Source: Eledone cirrhosa
Taxonomy: Eukaryota
Length of the DNA stretch: 64,000 nucleotides
Reading direction: 5' to 3'
NCBI GenBank assembly: GCA_964016885.1
Contig: OZ024757.1
Coordinates: 868,001-932,000 of the forward strand
Below the pieces are notes generated by a model. The model searched no databases, was not told the DNA's origin, and saw nothing but the letters and a program-made list of their open reading frames with translations. Positions 36,523 to 53,100 of this stretch are shown here, one piece after another (positions within the stretch are counted from its first letter, which is position 1; every line of letters starts with the position of its first letter). Both the position numbers and the translations under genes were made by a program.

Positions 36523-38637
36523 ATGGAAAATAAGTTGGGTGAGAAGGTTAAATGTGAAACACTGCCTAAAGGTATTAGTATTCCTAATGAGATAACAAAG
36601 AATAGAGGAGAGAAGCCATACCATTGTGATATCTGTGGTAAATCCTTCTCTCAGAAAGGACACTTAACAAGACACAATCTTGTCCATACAGGAGAGAAAC
36701 CATACCACTGTAATATCTGTGGTAAGTCATTCTCTCTGAAAGGACACTTAACAACACACAATCTCATCCATACAGGAGAGAAACCATACCATTGTAATAT
36801 CTGTGGTAAATCATTCTCTCGAAATAATGTCTTAACAAATCACAAACGTATTCATACAGGAGAGAAACCATACCACTGTGATATCTGTGGTAAAGCATTC
36901 TCTATGAAAAGACATTTAACAACACACAATCTCATCCATACAGGAGAGAAGTCCTATCACTGTGATATCTGTGGTAAATCATTCTCTCAAAATAATGTCT
37001 TAACAAATCACAAACGTATTCATACAGGAGAGAAACCATACCACTGTGATATCTGTGGTAAATCATTCTCTCAGAAAGGACACTTAACAAAACACAATCT
37101 CATCCATACAGGAGAGAAACCATACTACTGTGATATCTGTGGCAAATCATTCTCTCGAAATAATGTCTTAACAAATCACAAACATATTCATACAGGAGAG
37201 AAAGCATACCACTGTGATATCTGTGGTAAATCATTCTCTCAAAATAATGTCTTAACAAATCACAAATCTATTCATACAGAAGAGAAGCCATATCACTGTA
37301 ATATCTGTGGTAAATCATTTTCACAGAAAGGAAACTTATTAACACACAATCTTACTCATACAGGAGAGAAGCCATACCATTGTAATATCTGTGGTAAGTC
37401 ATTTTCACAGAAAGGAAGCTTATTAACACACAATCTTACTCATACAGGAGAGAAACCATACCACTGTGATATCTGTGGTAAATCATTCTCTCAGAAAGGA
37501 CACTCAGCAACACACAATCTCATCCATACAGGAGAGAAGCCCTATCACTGTGATATCTGTGGTAAATCATTCTCTCTGAAAAGACACTTAACAACACACA
37601 ATCTCATCCATACAGGAGAGAAACCATACCATTGTAATATCTGTGGTAAATCATTCTCTCGAAATAATGTCTTAGCAAATCACAAACGTATTCATACAGG
37701 AGAGAAACCATACCACTGTGATATCTGTGGTAAAGCATTCTCTCTGAAAAGACACTTAACAACACACAATCTCATCCATACAGGAGAGAAGCCCTATCAT
37801 TGTGATCTCTGTGGTAAATCATTCTCTCAAAATAATGTCTTAACAAATCACAAACGTATTCATACAGGAGAGAAACCATACCACTGTGATATCTGTGGTA
37901 AATCATTCTCTCAAAATAATGTCTTAACAAATCACAAATCTATTCATACAGAAGAGAAGCCATATCACTGTAATATCTGTGGTAAGTCATTTTCACTGAA
38001 AGGAAACTTATTAACACACAATCTTACTCATACAGGAGAGAAGCCATACCATTGTAATATCTGTGGTAAATCATTTTCACAGAAAGGAAGCTTATTAACA
38101 CACAATCTTACTCATACAGGAGAGAAACCATACCACTGTGATATCTGTGGTAAATCATTCTCTCAGAAAGGACACTTAGCAACACACAATCTCATCCATA
38201 GAGGAGAGAAGCCCTATCATTGTGATATCTGTGGTAAATCATTCTCTCAAAATAATGTCTTAACAAATCACAAACGTATTCATACAAGAGAGAAACCATA
38301 CCACTGTGATATCTGTGGTAAATCATTCTCTCTGAAAGGACATTTAACAACACACAATCTCATCCATACAGGAGAGAAACCATACCATTGTGATATCTGT
38401 GGTAAATCATTCTCTCAGAAAGGACACTTAGCAACACACAATCTCATCCATACAGGAGAGAAGCCCTATCACTGTGATATCTGTGGTAAATCATTCTCTC
38501 AAAATAATGTCTTAACAAATCACAAACGTATTCATACAGGAGAGAAACCATACCACTGTGATATCTGTGGTAAATCATTCTCTCTGAAAGGACATTTAAC
38601 AACACACAATCTCATCCATATAGGAGAGAAACCATAG
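36523..38637 (+). CDS. C2H2 zinc-finger protein B: 24 tandem fingers, paralog of gene A
   Basis: First ATG at 36523 (MENKL, aligns with MENSV of gene A; the track start 36502 is TTG); 704 aa = 32 + 24x28; acceptor TTTCAG| at 36162. Confidence 0.95.
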   Translation: MENKLGEKVKCETLPKGISIPNEITKNRGEKPYHCDICGKSFSQKGHLTRHNLVHTGEKPYHCNICGKSFSLKGHLTTHNLIHTGEKPYHCNICGKSFSRNNVLTNHKRIHTGEKPYHCDICGKAFSMKRHLTTHNLIHTGEKSYHCDICGKSFSQNNVLTNHKRIHTGEKPYHCDICGKSFSQKGHLTKHNLIHTGEKPYYCDICGKSFSRNNVLTNHKHIHTGEKAYHCDICGKSFSQNNVLTNHKSIHTEEKPYHCNICGKSFSQKGNLLTHNLTHTGEKPYHCNICGKSFSQKGSLLTHNLTHTGEKPYHCDICGKSFSQKGHSATHNLIHTGEKPYHCDICGKSFSLKRHLTTHNLIHTGEKPYHCNICGKSFSRNNVLANHKRIHTGEKPYHCDICGKAFSLKRHLTTHNLIHTGEKPYHCDLCGKSFSQNNVLTNHKRIHTGEKPYHCDICGKSFSQNNVLTNHKSIHTEEKPYHCNICGKSFSLKGNLLTHNLTHTGEKPYHCNICGKSFSQKGSLLTHNLTHTGEKPYHCDICGKSFSQKGHLATHNLIHRGEKPYHCDICGKSFSQNNVLTNHKRIHTREKPYHCDICGKSFSLKGHLTTHNLIHTGEKPYHCDICGKSFSQKGHLATHNLIHTGEKPYHCDICGKSFSQNNVLTNHKRIHTGEKPYHCDICGKSFSLKGHLTTHNLIHIGEKP

Positions 38638-39610
<973 letters not shown>

Positions 39611-39939
39611 TCTCCTGTAAAAGTTGTTTAATGAAACACAATAAGACAAGATAAAAACCACACCAGTCACCCAGGATTGTGCCACCTATGTTGTAAATGT
39701 TCATAATAAAACTGGTTTACTAAAAAATTACCCTCCTCTCAGTTTATTTGTAGAAGATCTAACCAAGACTTGTGTTGAAACTACTGTATGGTATAGAATT
39801 TACTAATTTAGCCAATTTATTATCAAAGTTGAATATGTTCCCAAATGAATAGAAGGGATCACACACAGTTAACCCTGTAAAATGGTAAATAACTGAAAAG
39901 AGAGACTACCTCCAACTAACCCCAAAGAGGGACCAGCTT

Positions 39940-41165
39940 TTGAAATAGATAGTTATAGGGTCAAAGAAGCAATGAACGGGAATAAAAATGGTAAAGCTGC
40001 TGTTCCATTAGAAATAACTGAGATGTTGAAAGATTCTGGGGAAATAGATGTCAAACTAGTCACGTACATAGTCAATCAGATAATATAGGATGGGGCCATA
40101 CCCAATAACTGACATAGTAGTATACTAATATAATGCTATAAAGGAAAAGGTGAGGTACTAGAAAGGAGCAACTACTTAGGCATGGAACAAGTAATGGAAA
40201 TGTGAGAAAGAGTTTTAATACTTAGGGAAAGAATCAAATTAGATGAGATGTTAGATTTTATGCCAGGGAGAAGTACTACAGATATACTCTTTTCTTAATG
40301 ACAAAACTACAAGAGAAGTTACTAGCTAAGAATAAGCCTCTGTATCTAAATATTGTTCATGTGGAGAAGTCCTTTGACAGAGTATCTGTATCTGTCATAT
40401 TGTGGTCCTTAAGGAAACTAGGTGTAGGAGAATGCCTTGTAAGAGAAGTGCAAGCTATGTACAGAGAAACTGTTAGTAAAGTGAGTTTAGTGTGGAAATG
40501 TACAGGTAGGAGTCCATCTATGTGCTGATGATGTAGTACTCATAGCTGAATCTGTAGGAAAGTTAGGGACGAAATTTCAAGCATGGAAGAAAAACCAAGA
40601 GGTGAAAGGACTAAAAGTAAACTTAGCAAGCATACAATGTATGTAATGTTACTGTGCATGAGAGGAATTGGATAGTGTGTGCAAGATAGAAGACTGTGTT
40701 GGTATGGCAAATAGAAGGTGGATAAAGAAATACAGAGAAACCCCAGTAGCTAGGACCCTTGGAAGAGGTAGACCCAGGAAGACATGGTATGAGGTTGTGA
40801 AGACACCTTATGAAACTAAACCTCACAACAGAAATGACAAAAGCCCAGAACTGCTAGTACTATGTTGTGTAAATGAAGACCTCATTAACAACATTGAATG
40901 TGGCCTAACTTCTCATGTCCCCTTCACATCGTCCACTAACACGCCCTAACATCTATCTTCACCATCATTACACACCTAGAATCCTCAGCTGCTGCCTCCT
41001 TAAAAGCCCTTAGATACCCCCATTATCATGCCCTGGTTGTTACTCTCTTCCTTTTATACCCTTCACACTGGCTGCTGGACTCTCCAGACCCCCCCCCCCA
41101 CTTCATCCATGGCTCCATATGTGTTCATTACCTTTCTACTGACACCCCGTCCTTAGATCCCCTTT
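39940..41165 (+). mobile_element. Internally deleted, degraded RTE LINE abutting the satellite
   Basis: GKAAVPLEITEMLK, LQEKLLAKNKPLY..VEKSFDRV, CADD, GRGRPRKTWYEVV; C-rich 3' region. Confidence 0.8.
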
Positions 41166-41166
41166 C

Positions 41167-44100
41167 TATCTCACCCTAGTAGCTACAGTCTTCACCCTAA
41201 TGTCACTATCTCACCCTAGTAGCTACTGTCTTCACCCCAATGTCACTCTCACCCTAGTAGCTACTGTCTCCACCCCAATGTCACTATATAACCCTAGTAA
41301 CTACTGTCTCCACCCCAATGTCACTATCTCAACCTTGTATCTACTGACGTCACCCCAATGTCACTATCTCAGCCTAGTAGCCTCTGTCTTCACCCCAATG
41401 TCACTATCTCACCCTAGTAGCTCTGTCTTCACCCCAATGTCACTATCTCACCCTAATAGCTACTGTCTCCACCACAATGTCATTATCTCACCCTAGTAGC
41501 TATTGTCTCCACCTCAATGTCACTATCTCACCCTAGTAGCTACTGTCTTCACCTTAATGTCACTATCTCACCCTAGTAGCTACTGTCTTCACCCTAATGT
41601 CACTATCTCACCCTAGTAGCTATTGTCTCCACCTCAATGTCACTATCTCACCCTAGTAGCTACTGTCTTCACCCTTGTAGCTACTGTCTCCACCCCAATG
41701 TCACTCACCCTAGTAGCTACTGTCTCCACCCTAATGTCACTATCTCACACTAGTAGCTATTGTCTCCACCCCAATTTCACTATCTCACCCTAGTAACTAG
41801 TCTCCACCCCAATGTCACTATCTCAACCTTGTATCTACTGACGTCACCCCAATGTCACTATCTCACACAGTAGCCTCTGTCTTCACCCCAATGTCACTAT
41901 CTCACCCAGTAGCTTCTGTCTTCACCCCAATCTCACTATCTCACCCTACTAGCTACTGTCTTCACCCTAGTAGCTACTGTCTCCACCCTAATGTCACTAT
42001 CTCACCCTAGTAGCTATTGTCTTCACCCCAATGTCACTATCTCACCCTAGTAACTAGTCTCCACCCCAATGTCACTATCTCACCCTACTAGCTACTGTCT
42101 TCACCCTAATGTCACTCTCACCCTAGTAGCTACTGTCTCCACCCTAATGTCACTATCTCACCCTAGTAGCTATTGTCTTCACACCAATGTCACTATCTCA
42201 CCCTACTAGCTACTGTCTTCACCCTAATAGCTACTGTCTCCACCCCAATGTCATTATCTCACCCTAGTAGCTATTGTCTCCACCTCAATGTCACTATCTC
42301 ACCCTAGGAGCTACTGTCTTCACCCCAATGTCACTATCTCACCCTAGTAGCTACTGTCTCCACTCCAATGTCACTATCTGACCCTAGTAGCTGCTATCTC
42401 CACCCTAATGTCACTATCTCACGCTAGTATCTACTGTCTTCACCCCGATGTCACTATCTCACCCTAATAGCTATTGTCTCCACCCCAATGTCACTATCTC
42501 ACCCCAGTAGCTATGGTCTCCACCCCAATGTCACTCTCACCGTAGTAGGTACTGTCTTCACCCTAATGTCACTATCTCACCCCAGTAGCTATGGTCTCCA
42601 CCCCAATGTCACTCTCACCGTAGTAGGTACTGTCTTCACCCTAATGTCACTATCTCATGCTAGTAGCTACAGTTTTCACCTCAATGTCACTATCTCACCC
42701 TAGCAGCTACTGTCTTCACCCCAATGTCACTATCTCAACCTTGTATCTACTGACGTCACCCCAATGTCACTATCTCACACAGTAGCCTCTGTCTTCACCC
42801 CAATGTCACTATCTCACCCAGTAGCCTCTGTCTTCACCCCAATGTCACTATCTCACCCTACTAGCTACTGTCTTCACCCTAATGTCCATCTCACACTTGT
42901 ATCTACTGTCTTCACTCCAATGTCACTATCTCACTCTAGTAGCCTCTGTCTTCACCCCTATGTCACAATCTCACCCTACTAGCTACTGTCTTCACCCTAA
43001 TAGCTACTGTCTCCACCCCAATGTCATTATCTCACCCTAGTAGCTATTGTCTCCACCTCAATGTCACTATCTCACCCTAGTAGCTACTGTCTTCACCCCA
43101 ATGTCACTATCTCACCCTAGTAGCTACTGTCTTCACCCTAATGTCACTATCTCACGCTAGTATCTACTGTCTTCACCCCAATGTCACTATCTCACCCTAA
43201 TAGCTATTGTCTCCACCCCAATGTCACTATCTCACCCTAGTAGCTACTGTCTTCACCTTAATGTCACTATCTCACCCTAGTAGCTACTGTCTTCACCCTA
43301 ATGTCACTATCTCACCCTAGTAGCTATTGTCTCCACCTCAATGTCACTATCTCACCCTAGTAGCTACTGTCTTCACCCTTGTAGCTACTGTCTCCACCCC
43401 AATGTCACTCACCCTAGTAGCTACTGTCTCCACCCTAATGTCACTATCTCACACTAGTAGCTATTGTCTCCACCCCAATGTCACTATCTCACCCTAGTAA
43501 CTAGTCTCCACCCCAATGTCACTATCTCAACCTTGTATCTACTGACGTCACCCCAATGTCACTATCTCACACAGTAGCCTCTGTCTTCACCCCAATGTCA
43601 CTATCTCACCCAGTAGCTTCTGTCTTCACCCCAATGTCACTATCTCACCCTACTAGCTACTGTCTTCACCCTAATGTCACTCTCACCCTACTAGCTACTG
43701 TCTTCACCCTAATGTCACTCTCACCCTAGTAGCTACTGTCTCCACCCTAATGTCACTATCTCACCCTAGTAGCTATTGTCTTCACCCCAATGTCACTATC
43801 TCACCCTAGTAACTAGTCTCCACCCCAATGTCACTATCTCACCCTACTAGCTACTGTCTTCACCCTAATGTCACTCTCACCCTAGTAGCTACTGTCTCCA
43901 CCCTAATGTCACTATCTCATGCTAGTAGCTACAGTCTTCACCTCAATGTCACTATCTCACCCTAGCAGCTACTGTCTTCACCCCAATGTCACTATCTCAA
44001 CCTTGTATCTACTGACGTCACCCCAATGTCACTATCTCACACAGTAGCCTCTGTCTTCACCCCAATGTCACTATCTCACCCAGTAGCCTCTGTCTTCACC

Positions 44101-47100
44101 CCAATGTCACTATCTCACCCTACTAGCTACTGTCTTCACCCTAATGTCCATCTCACACTTGTATCTACTGTCTTCACTCCAATGTCACTATCTCACTCTA
44201 GTAGCCTCTGTCTTCACCCCAATGTCACTATCTCACCCTACTAGCTACTGTCTTCACCCTAATAGCTACTGTCTCCACCCCAATGTCATTATCTCACCCT
44301 AGTAGCTATTGTCTCCACCTCAATGTCACTATCTCACCCTAGTAGCTACTGTCTTCACCCCAATGTCACTATCTCACCCTAGTAGCTACTGTCTTCACCC
44401 TAATGTCACTATCTCACGCTAGTATCTACTGTCTTCACCCCAATGTCACTATCTCACCCTAATAGCTATTGTCTCCACCCCAATGTCACTATCTCACCCT
44501 AGTAGCTACTGTCTTCACCCTAATGTCACTATCTCACCCTAGTAGCTACTGTCTTCACCCTAATAGCTACTGTCTCCACCCCAATGTCATTATCTCACAC
44601 TAGTAGCTATTGTCTCCACCTCAATGTCACTATCTCACCCTAGTAGCTACTGTCTTCACCCCAATGTCACTATCTCACCCTAGTAGCTACTGTCTTCACC
44701 CTAATGTCACTATCTCACGCTAGTATCTACTGTCTTCACCCCAATGTCACTATCTCACCCTAATAGCTATTGTCTCCACCCCAATGTCACTATCTCACTC
44801 TAGTAGCTACTGTCTTCACCCCAATGTCACTATCTCACCCTAGTAGCTACTGTCTATACCCTAATGTCACTATCTCACCCTTGTAGCTACTGTCTTCACC
44901 CTAATGTCACTATCTCACCCTTGTAGCTACTGTCTTCACCCTAACGTCACTATCTCACCCCAGTAGCTATGGTCTCCACCCCAATGTCACTCTCACCGTA
45001 GTAGCTACTGTCTTCACCCTAGTAGCTACAGTCTTCACCTCAATGTCACTATCTCACCCTAGAAGCTACTGTCTTCACCCCAATGTCACTATCTCACCCT
45101 TGTAGCTACTGTCTCCACCCCAATGTCACTCACCCTAGTAGCTACTGTCTCCACCCTAATGTCACTATCTCACACTAGTAGCTATTGTCTCCACCCCAAT
45201 GTCACTATCTCACCCTAGTAACTAGTCTCCACCCCAATGTCACTATCTCAACCTTGTATCTACTGACGTCACCCCAATGTCACTATCTCACACAGTAGCC
45301 TCTGTCTTCACCCCAATGTCACTATCTCACCCAGTAGCCTCTGTCTTCACCCCAATGTCACTATCTCACCCTACTAGCTACTGTCTTCACCCTAATGTCC
45401 ATCTCACACTTGTATCTACTGTCTTCACTCTAATGTCACTATCTCACTCTAGTAGCCTCTGTCTTCACCCCAATGTCACTATCTCAACCTACTAGCTACT
45501 GTCTTCACCCTAATAGCTACTGTCTCCACCCTAATGTCATTATCTCACCCTAGTAGCTATTGTCTCCACCCCAATGTCACTATCTCACCCTAGTAGCTAC
45601 TGTCTTCACCCCAATGTCACTATCTCACCCTAGTAGCTACTGTCTTCACCCTAATGTCACTATCTCACGCTAGTATCTACTGTCTTCACCCCAATGTCAC
45701 TATCTCACCCTAATAGCTATTGTCTCCACCCCAATGTCACTATCTCACCCTAGTAGCTAATGTCTTCACCTTAATGTCACTATCTCACCCGAGTAGCTAC
45801 TGTCTTCACCCTAATGTCACTATCTCACCCTAGTAGCTATTGTCTCCACCTCAATGTCACTATTTCACCCTAGTAGCTACTGTCTTCACCCTTGTAGCTA
45901 CTGTCTCCACCCGAATGTCACTCACCCTAGTAGCTACTGTCTCCACCCTAATGTCACTATCTCACACTAGTAGCTATTGTCTCCACCCCAATGTCACTAT
46001 CTCACACAGTAGCCTCTGTCTTCATCCCAATGTCACTATCTCACCCAGTAGCTTCTGTCTTCACCCCAATGTCACTATCTCACCCTACTAGCTACTGTCT
46101 TCACCCTAATGTCACTCTCACCCTAGTAGCTACTGTCTCCACCCTAATGTCACTATCTCACCCTAGTAGCTATTGTCTTCACCCCAATGTCACTATCTCA
46201 CCCTAGTAACTAGTCTCCACCCCAATGTCACTATCTCACCCTACTAGCTACTGTCTTCACCGTAATGTCACTCTCACCCTAGTAGCTACTGTCTCCACCA
46301 TAATGTCACTATCTCACCCTAGTAGCTACTGTCTTCACACCAATGTCACTATCTCACCCTACTAGCTACTGTCTTCACCCTAATAGCTACTGTCTCCACC
46401 CCAATGTCATTATCTCACCCTAGTAGCTACAGTCTCCACCTCAATGTCACTATCTCACCCTAGGAGCTACTGTCTTCACCCCAATGTCACTATCTCACCC
46501 TAGTAGCTACTGTCTCCACTCCAATGTCACTATCTGACCCTAGTAACTACTATCTCCACCCTAATGTCACTATCTCACGCTAGTATCTACTGTCTTCACC
46601 CCGATGTCACTATCTCACCCTAATAGCTATTGTCTCCACCCCAATGTCACTATCTCACCCTAGTAGCTACTGTCTTCACCCCAATGTCACTATCTCACCC
46701 TTGTAGCTACTGTCTTCACCCTAACGTCATTATCTCACCCCAGTAGCTATGGTCTCCACCCCAATGTCACTCTCACCGTAGTAGGTACTGTCTTCACCCT
46801 AATGTCACTATCTCATGCTAGTAGCTACAGTCTTCACCTCAATGTCACTATCTCACCCTAGCAGCTACTGTCTTCACCCCAATGTCACTATCTCAACCTT
46901 GTATCTACTGACGTCACCCCAATGTCACTATCTCACACAGTAGCCTCTGTCTTCACCCCAATGTCACTATCTCACCCAGTAGCCTCTGTCTTCACCCCAA
47001 TGTCACTATCTCACCCTACTAGCTACTGTCTTCACCCTAATGTCCATCTCACACTTGTATCTACTGTCTTCACTCCAATGTCACTATCTCACTCTAGTAG

Positions 47101-50100
47101 CCTCTGTCTTCACCCCAATGTCACTATCTCACCCTACTAGCTACTGTCTTCACCCTAATAGCTACTGTCTCCACCTCAATGTCACTATCTCACCCTAGTA
47201 GCTACTGTCTTCACCCCAATGTCACTATCTCACCCTAGTAGCTACTGTCTTCACCCTAATGTCACTATCTCACGCTAGTATCTACTGTCTTCACCCCAAT
47301 GTCACTATCTCACCCTAATAGCAATTGTCTCCACCCCAATGTCACTATCTCACTCTAGTAGCTACTGTCTTCACCCCAATGTCACTATCTCACCCTAGTA
47401 GCTACTGTCTTCACCCTAATGTCACTATCTCACCCTTGTAGCTACTGTCTTTACCCTAATGTCACTATCTCACCCTTGTAGCTACTGTCTTCACCCTAAC
47501 GTCACTATCTCACCCCAGTAGCTATGGTCTCCACCCCAATGTCACTCTCACCGTAGTAGCTACTGTCTTCACCCTATTGTCACTATCTCACCCTAGTAGC
47601 TACAGTCTTCACCTCAATGTCACTATCTCACCCTAGTAGCTACTGTCTTCACCCCAATGTCACTATCTCACCCTTGTAGCTATTGTCTCCACCCCAATGT
47701 CACTATCTCAACCTTGTATCTACTGACGTCACCCCAATGTCACTATCTCACCCTACTAGCTACTGTCTTCACCCTAATGTCTATCTCACACTTGTATCTA
47801 CTGTTTCACCCCAATGTCACTATCTCACCCTAGTAGCCTCTATCTTCACCCCTATGTCACTATTTCACCCTACTAACTACTGTCTTCACCCTAATAGCTA
47901 CTGTCTCCACCCCAATGTCATTATCTCACCCTAGTAGCTATTGTCTCCACCTCAATGTCACTATCTCACCCTAGTAGCTACTGTCTTTACCCCAATGTCA
48001 CTATCTCACGCTGCCAGCTACTGTCTTTACCCCAATATCAGTATCTCACTCTAGTAGCTACTGTCTTCACCCTAGTAGCTATTGTCTCCACCCCAACGTC
48101 ACTATCTCAGCCTAGTAGCTACTGACTTCACCCTAATGCCACTATCTCACCCTAGTATCTACTGTCTTCACCCTAGTATCTACTGTCTTTACCCAAATGT
48201 CACTATCTCACCCTAGTAGCTACTGACTTCACCCTAATGTCACTATCTCACCCTAGTATCTACTGTCGTCACCCTAGTATCTACTGTCTTTACCCAAATG
48301 TCACTATCTCACCCTAGTAGCTACTGTCTTCACCCTAATGTCACTATCTCACCCTAGTATCTACTGTCGTCACCCTAGTATCTACTGTCTTTACCCAAAT
48401 GTCACTATCTCACCCTAGTAGCTACTGTCTTCACCCTAATGTCACTATCTCACCCTAGTATCTACTGTCTTCACCCTAGTATCTACTGTCTTTACCCAAA
48501 TGTCACTATCTCACCCTAGTAGCTACTGACTTCACCCTAATGCCACTATCTCACCCTAGTATCTACTGTCGTCACCCTAGTATCTACTGTCTTTACCCAA
48601 ATGTCACTATCTCACCCTAGTAGCTACTGTCTTCACCCCAATGTCACTATCTCACCCTAGTATCTACTGTCGTCACCCTAGTATCTACTGTCTTTACCCA
48701 AATGTCACTATCTCACCCTAGTAGCTACTGTCTTCACCCCAATGTCACTATCTCACCCTAGTATCTACTGTCGTCACCCTAGTATCTACTGTCTTTACCC
48801 AAATGTCACTATCTCACCCTAGTAGCTACTGTCTTCACCCCAATGTCACTATCTCACCCTAGTATCTACTGTCGTCACCCTAGTATCTACTGTCTTTACC
48901 CAAATGTCACTATCTCACCCTAGTAGCTACTGTCTTCACCCCAATGTCACTATCTCACCCTAGTATCTACTGTCGTCACCCTAGTATCTACTGTCTTTAC
49001 CCAAATGTCACTATCTCACCCTAGTAGCTACTGACTTCACCCCAATGTCACTATCTCACCCTAGTATCTACTGTCGTCACCCTAGTATCTACTGTCTTTA
49101 CCCAAATGTCACTATCTCACCCTAGTAGCTACTGTCTTCACCCCAATGTCACTATCTCACCCTAGTATCTACTGTCGTCACCCTAGTATCTACTGTCTTT
49201 ACCCAAATGTCACTATCTCACCCTAGTAGCTACTGACTTCACCCCAATGTCACTATCTCACCCTGCCAGCTCCTGTCTTTACCCCAACGTCAGTATCTCA
49301 CTCTAGTAGCTACTGTCTTCACCCTAATGTCACTATCTCACCCTAGTAGCTACTGTCTTCACCCTAATGTCACTATCTCATCCTAGTAGTTACTGTCTCC
49401 ACTCCAATGTCACTATCTCACCCTAGTAGCTACTGTATTCACCCTAATGTCACTATCTCACCCCAGTAGCTATGGTCTCCACCGCAATGTCACTATCTCA
49501 CCCTAGTAGCTACAGTCTTCACCTCAAAGTCACTATCTCACCCTAGAAGCTACTGTCTTCACCCCAATGTCACTATCTCACCCTTGTAGCTATTGTCTCC
49601 ACCCCAATGTCACTATCTCAACATTGTATTTACTGACGTCACCCCAATGTCACTATCTCACACTAGTAGCCTCTATCTTCACCCCAATGTCACTATCTCA
49701 CCCTCCTAGCTACTGTCTTCACCCTAATAGCTACTGTCTCCACCCCAATGTCATTATCTCACCCTAGTAGCTATTGTCTCCACCTCAATGTCAATATCTC
49801 ACCCTAGTAGCTACTATCTTCACCCCAATGTCACTATCTCACTCTAGTAACTACTGTTTTCACCCTAATGTCACTATCTCAACCTTGTATCTACTGACGT
49901 CACCCCAATGTCACTATCTCACCCTAGTAGTCTCTGTCTTCACCCCAATGTCACTACCTCACCCTAGTAGCCTCTGTCTTCACCCCAATGTCACTATCTC
50001 AACCTAATAGCTACTGTCTCCACCCCAATGTCATTATCTCATCCTAGGAGCTATTGTCTCCACCTCAATGTCAATATCTCACCCTAGTAGCTACTGACTT

Positions 50101-53100
50101 CCCCCTAATGTCACTATCTCACCCTAGTATCTAATGTCTTCACCCTACTATCTACTGTCTTTACCCCAATGTCACTATCTCACCCTAGTAGCTACTGTCT
50201 TCACCCCAATATCACTATCTCACCACAGTAGCTACTGTCTTCACCCCAATTTCACTATCTCACCCTAGTAGCTACTGTCTTTACCCCAATGTCAGTATCT
50301 CACTCTAGTAGCTACTGTCTTCACCCTAGTAGCTACTGTCTTCACCCCAATGTCACTAGCTCACCCTAGTAGCCACTGTCTTCACCCTAATGTCACTATC
50401 TCACCCTAGTAGCTTCTGTCTTCACCCCAATGTCACTATCTCACCCTAGTAGCCACTGTCTTCACCCTAATGTCACTATCTCACCCTTGTATCTACTGTC
50501 TTCACCCCAATGTCACTATCTCACCCTAGTAGCTACTGTCTCCACCCCAATGTCACTATCTCACCCTAGTAGCTACTGACTTCCCCCTAATGTCACTATC
50601 TCACCCTAGTATCTAATGTCTTCACCCTACTATCTACTGTCTTTACCCCAATGTCACTATCTCACCCTAGTAGCTACTGTCTTCACACCAATATCACTAT
50701 CTCACCACAGTAGCTACTGTCTTCACCCCAATGTCACTATCTCACCCTAGTAGCTACTGTCTTTACCCCAATGTCAGTATCTCACTCTAGTAGCTACTGT
50801 CTTCACCCTAGTAGCTACTGTCTTCACCCCAATGTCACTATCTCACCCTACTAGCTACTGTCTTCACCCTAATAGCTACTGTCTCCACCCCAATGTCATT
50901 ATCTCACCCTAGTAGCTATTGTCTCCACCTCAATGTCACTATCTCACCCTAGTAGCTACTGTCTTCACCCCAATGTCACTATCTCACCCTAGTAGCTACT
51001 GTCTTCACCCTAATGTCACTATCTCACGCTAGTATCTACTGTCTTCACCCCAATGTCACTATCTCACCCTAATAGCTATTGTCTCCACCCCAATGTCACT
51101 ATCTCACCCTAGTAGCTACTGTCTTCACCTTAATGTCACTATCTCACCCTAGTAGCTACTGTCTTCACCCTAATGTCACTATCTCACCCTAGTAGCTATT
51201 GTCTCCACCTCAATGTCACTATCTCACCCTAGTAGCTACTGTCTTCACCCTTGTAGCTACTGTCTCCACCCCAATGTCACTCACCCTAGTAGCTACTGTC
51301 TCCACCCTAATGTCACTATCTCACACTAGTAGCTATTGTCTCCACCCCAATGTCACTATCTCACCCTAGTAACTAGTCTCCACCCCAATGTCACTATCTC
51401 AACCTTGTATCTACTGACGTCACCCCAATGTCACTATCTCACACAGTAGCCTCTGTCTTCACCCCAATGTCACTATCTCACCCAGTAGCTTCTGTCTTCA
51501 CCCCAATGTCACTATCTCACCCTACTAGCTACTGTCTTCACCCTAATGTCACTCTCACCCTACTAGCTACTGTCTTCACCCTAATGTCACTCTCACCCTA
51601 GTAGCTACTGTCTCCACCCTAATGTCACTATCTCACCCTAGTAGCTATTGTCTTCACCCCAATGTCACTATCTCACCCTATTAACTAGTCTCCACCCCAA
51701 TGTCACTATCTCACCCTACTAGCTACTGTCTTCACCCCAATGTCACTATCTCACCCTAGTAGCTACTGTCTTCACCCTAATGTCACTATCTCATGCTAGT
51801 AGCTACAGTCTCCACTCTCGTAGCTCTTGTCTACACCCCAATGTTACTATCTCACCCTAGTAGCTACTGTCTACACCCCAATGTTACTATCTCACCCTAG
51901 TAGCTACTGTCTTCACCCAATGTCACTATTTCACCCTAGTAGAAAGTCTTCACACCAATGTCACTATCTCACCCGAGTAGCTACTGCCTTCACCCCAACG
52001 TCACTATCTCAACCTAGTAGCTACTGTCGTCACCCCAATGTCACTATCTCACCCAAGTATCTACTGTCTCCAACCTAATGTCACTATCTCACCCTAGTAG
52101 TTATTGTCTCCACCCCAACGTCACTATCTCAACCTAGTAGCTACTGTCTTCACACCAATGTCACTATCTCACACTAGTAGCTACCGTATTTACCCCAATG
52201 TCACTGTCTCACCCTAGTAGCTATTGCCTCCACCCCAATGTTACTATCTCACCCTAGAAGCCATTGTCTCAACCCCAATGTCACTATCTCACCCTAGTAG
52301 CTAATGTCTTCACCCTAATGTCACTATCTCACCCTAGTAGCTACTGTCTTCACCCTAATGTCACTATGTCACCCTAGAAGCGATTGTCTTCACCCCAATG
52401 TCACTATCTCACCCTAGTATCTACTCTCTTCCGCCTAATGTCACTATCTCAACCTTGTCTCTACTGTTTTCACCCCAATGTCACTATCTGACCCTAGTAG
52501 CTACTGTCGTCACCACAATGTCACTATCTCACCCTAGTAGCTACTGTCTTCACCCTAATTTCAATAGCTCACCCTAGTAGCCATTGATTTACCCTAATGT
52601 CATTGTCTCACCCTAGTATCTACTGTCTTCACCCTAATGTCACTATCTCACCCTAGTAACTACTGTCTCCACCCCAATGTCACTATCTCACCCTAGTAGC
52701 TACTGTCTTCACCCCAGTTTGACTATCTCACCCTAGTAGCTACTGAATCCACCCTAAATTCACTATCTCACCCTAGTAGCTACTGTCTTCACCGCAGTGT
52801 TACTATCTCACCCTAGTAACTACTGTTTTCAGCCTACTGTCACTATCTCAACCTTGTATCTACTGTCGTTACCCCAATGTCAATATCTCACCCTAGTAGC
52901 TACTGTCTCCACCCCAATGTCACTATCTCACCCTTGTATCTACTGTCTTAACCCTAATGTGACTATCACACCCCAGTAGTTATTGTCTCCACTCCAATGT
53001 CACTATCTCACCCTGGTAGCTAGTGTCTTCACCCCAATGTCACTATCTCACCCTTGTATCTACTGTCTTAACCCTAATGTCACTAGGTCACCCTAGTAGA

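Noticed and set aside
40520-40535. CTGATGA match
   Set aside because: It is the RT (Y/C)ADD codon sequence.
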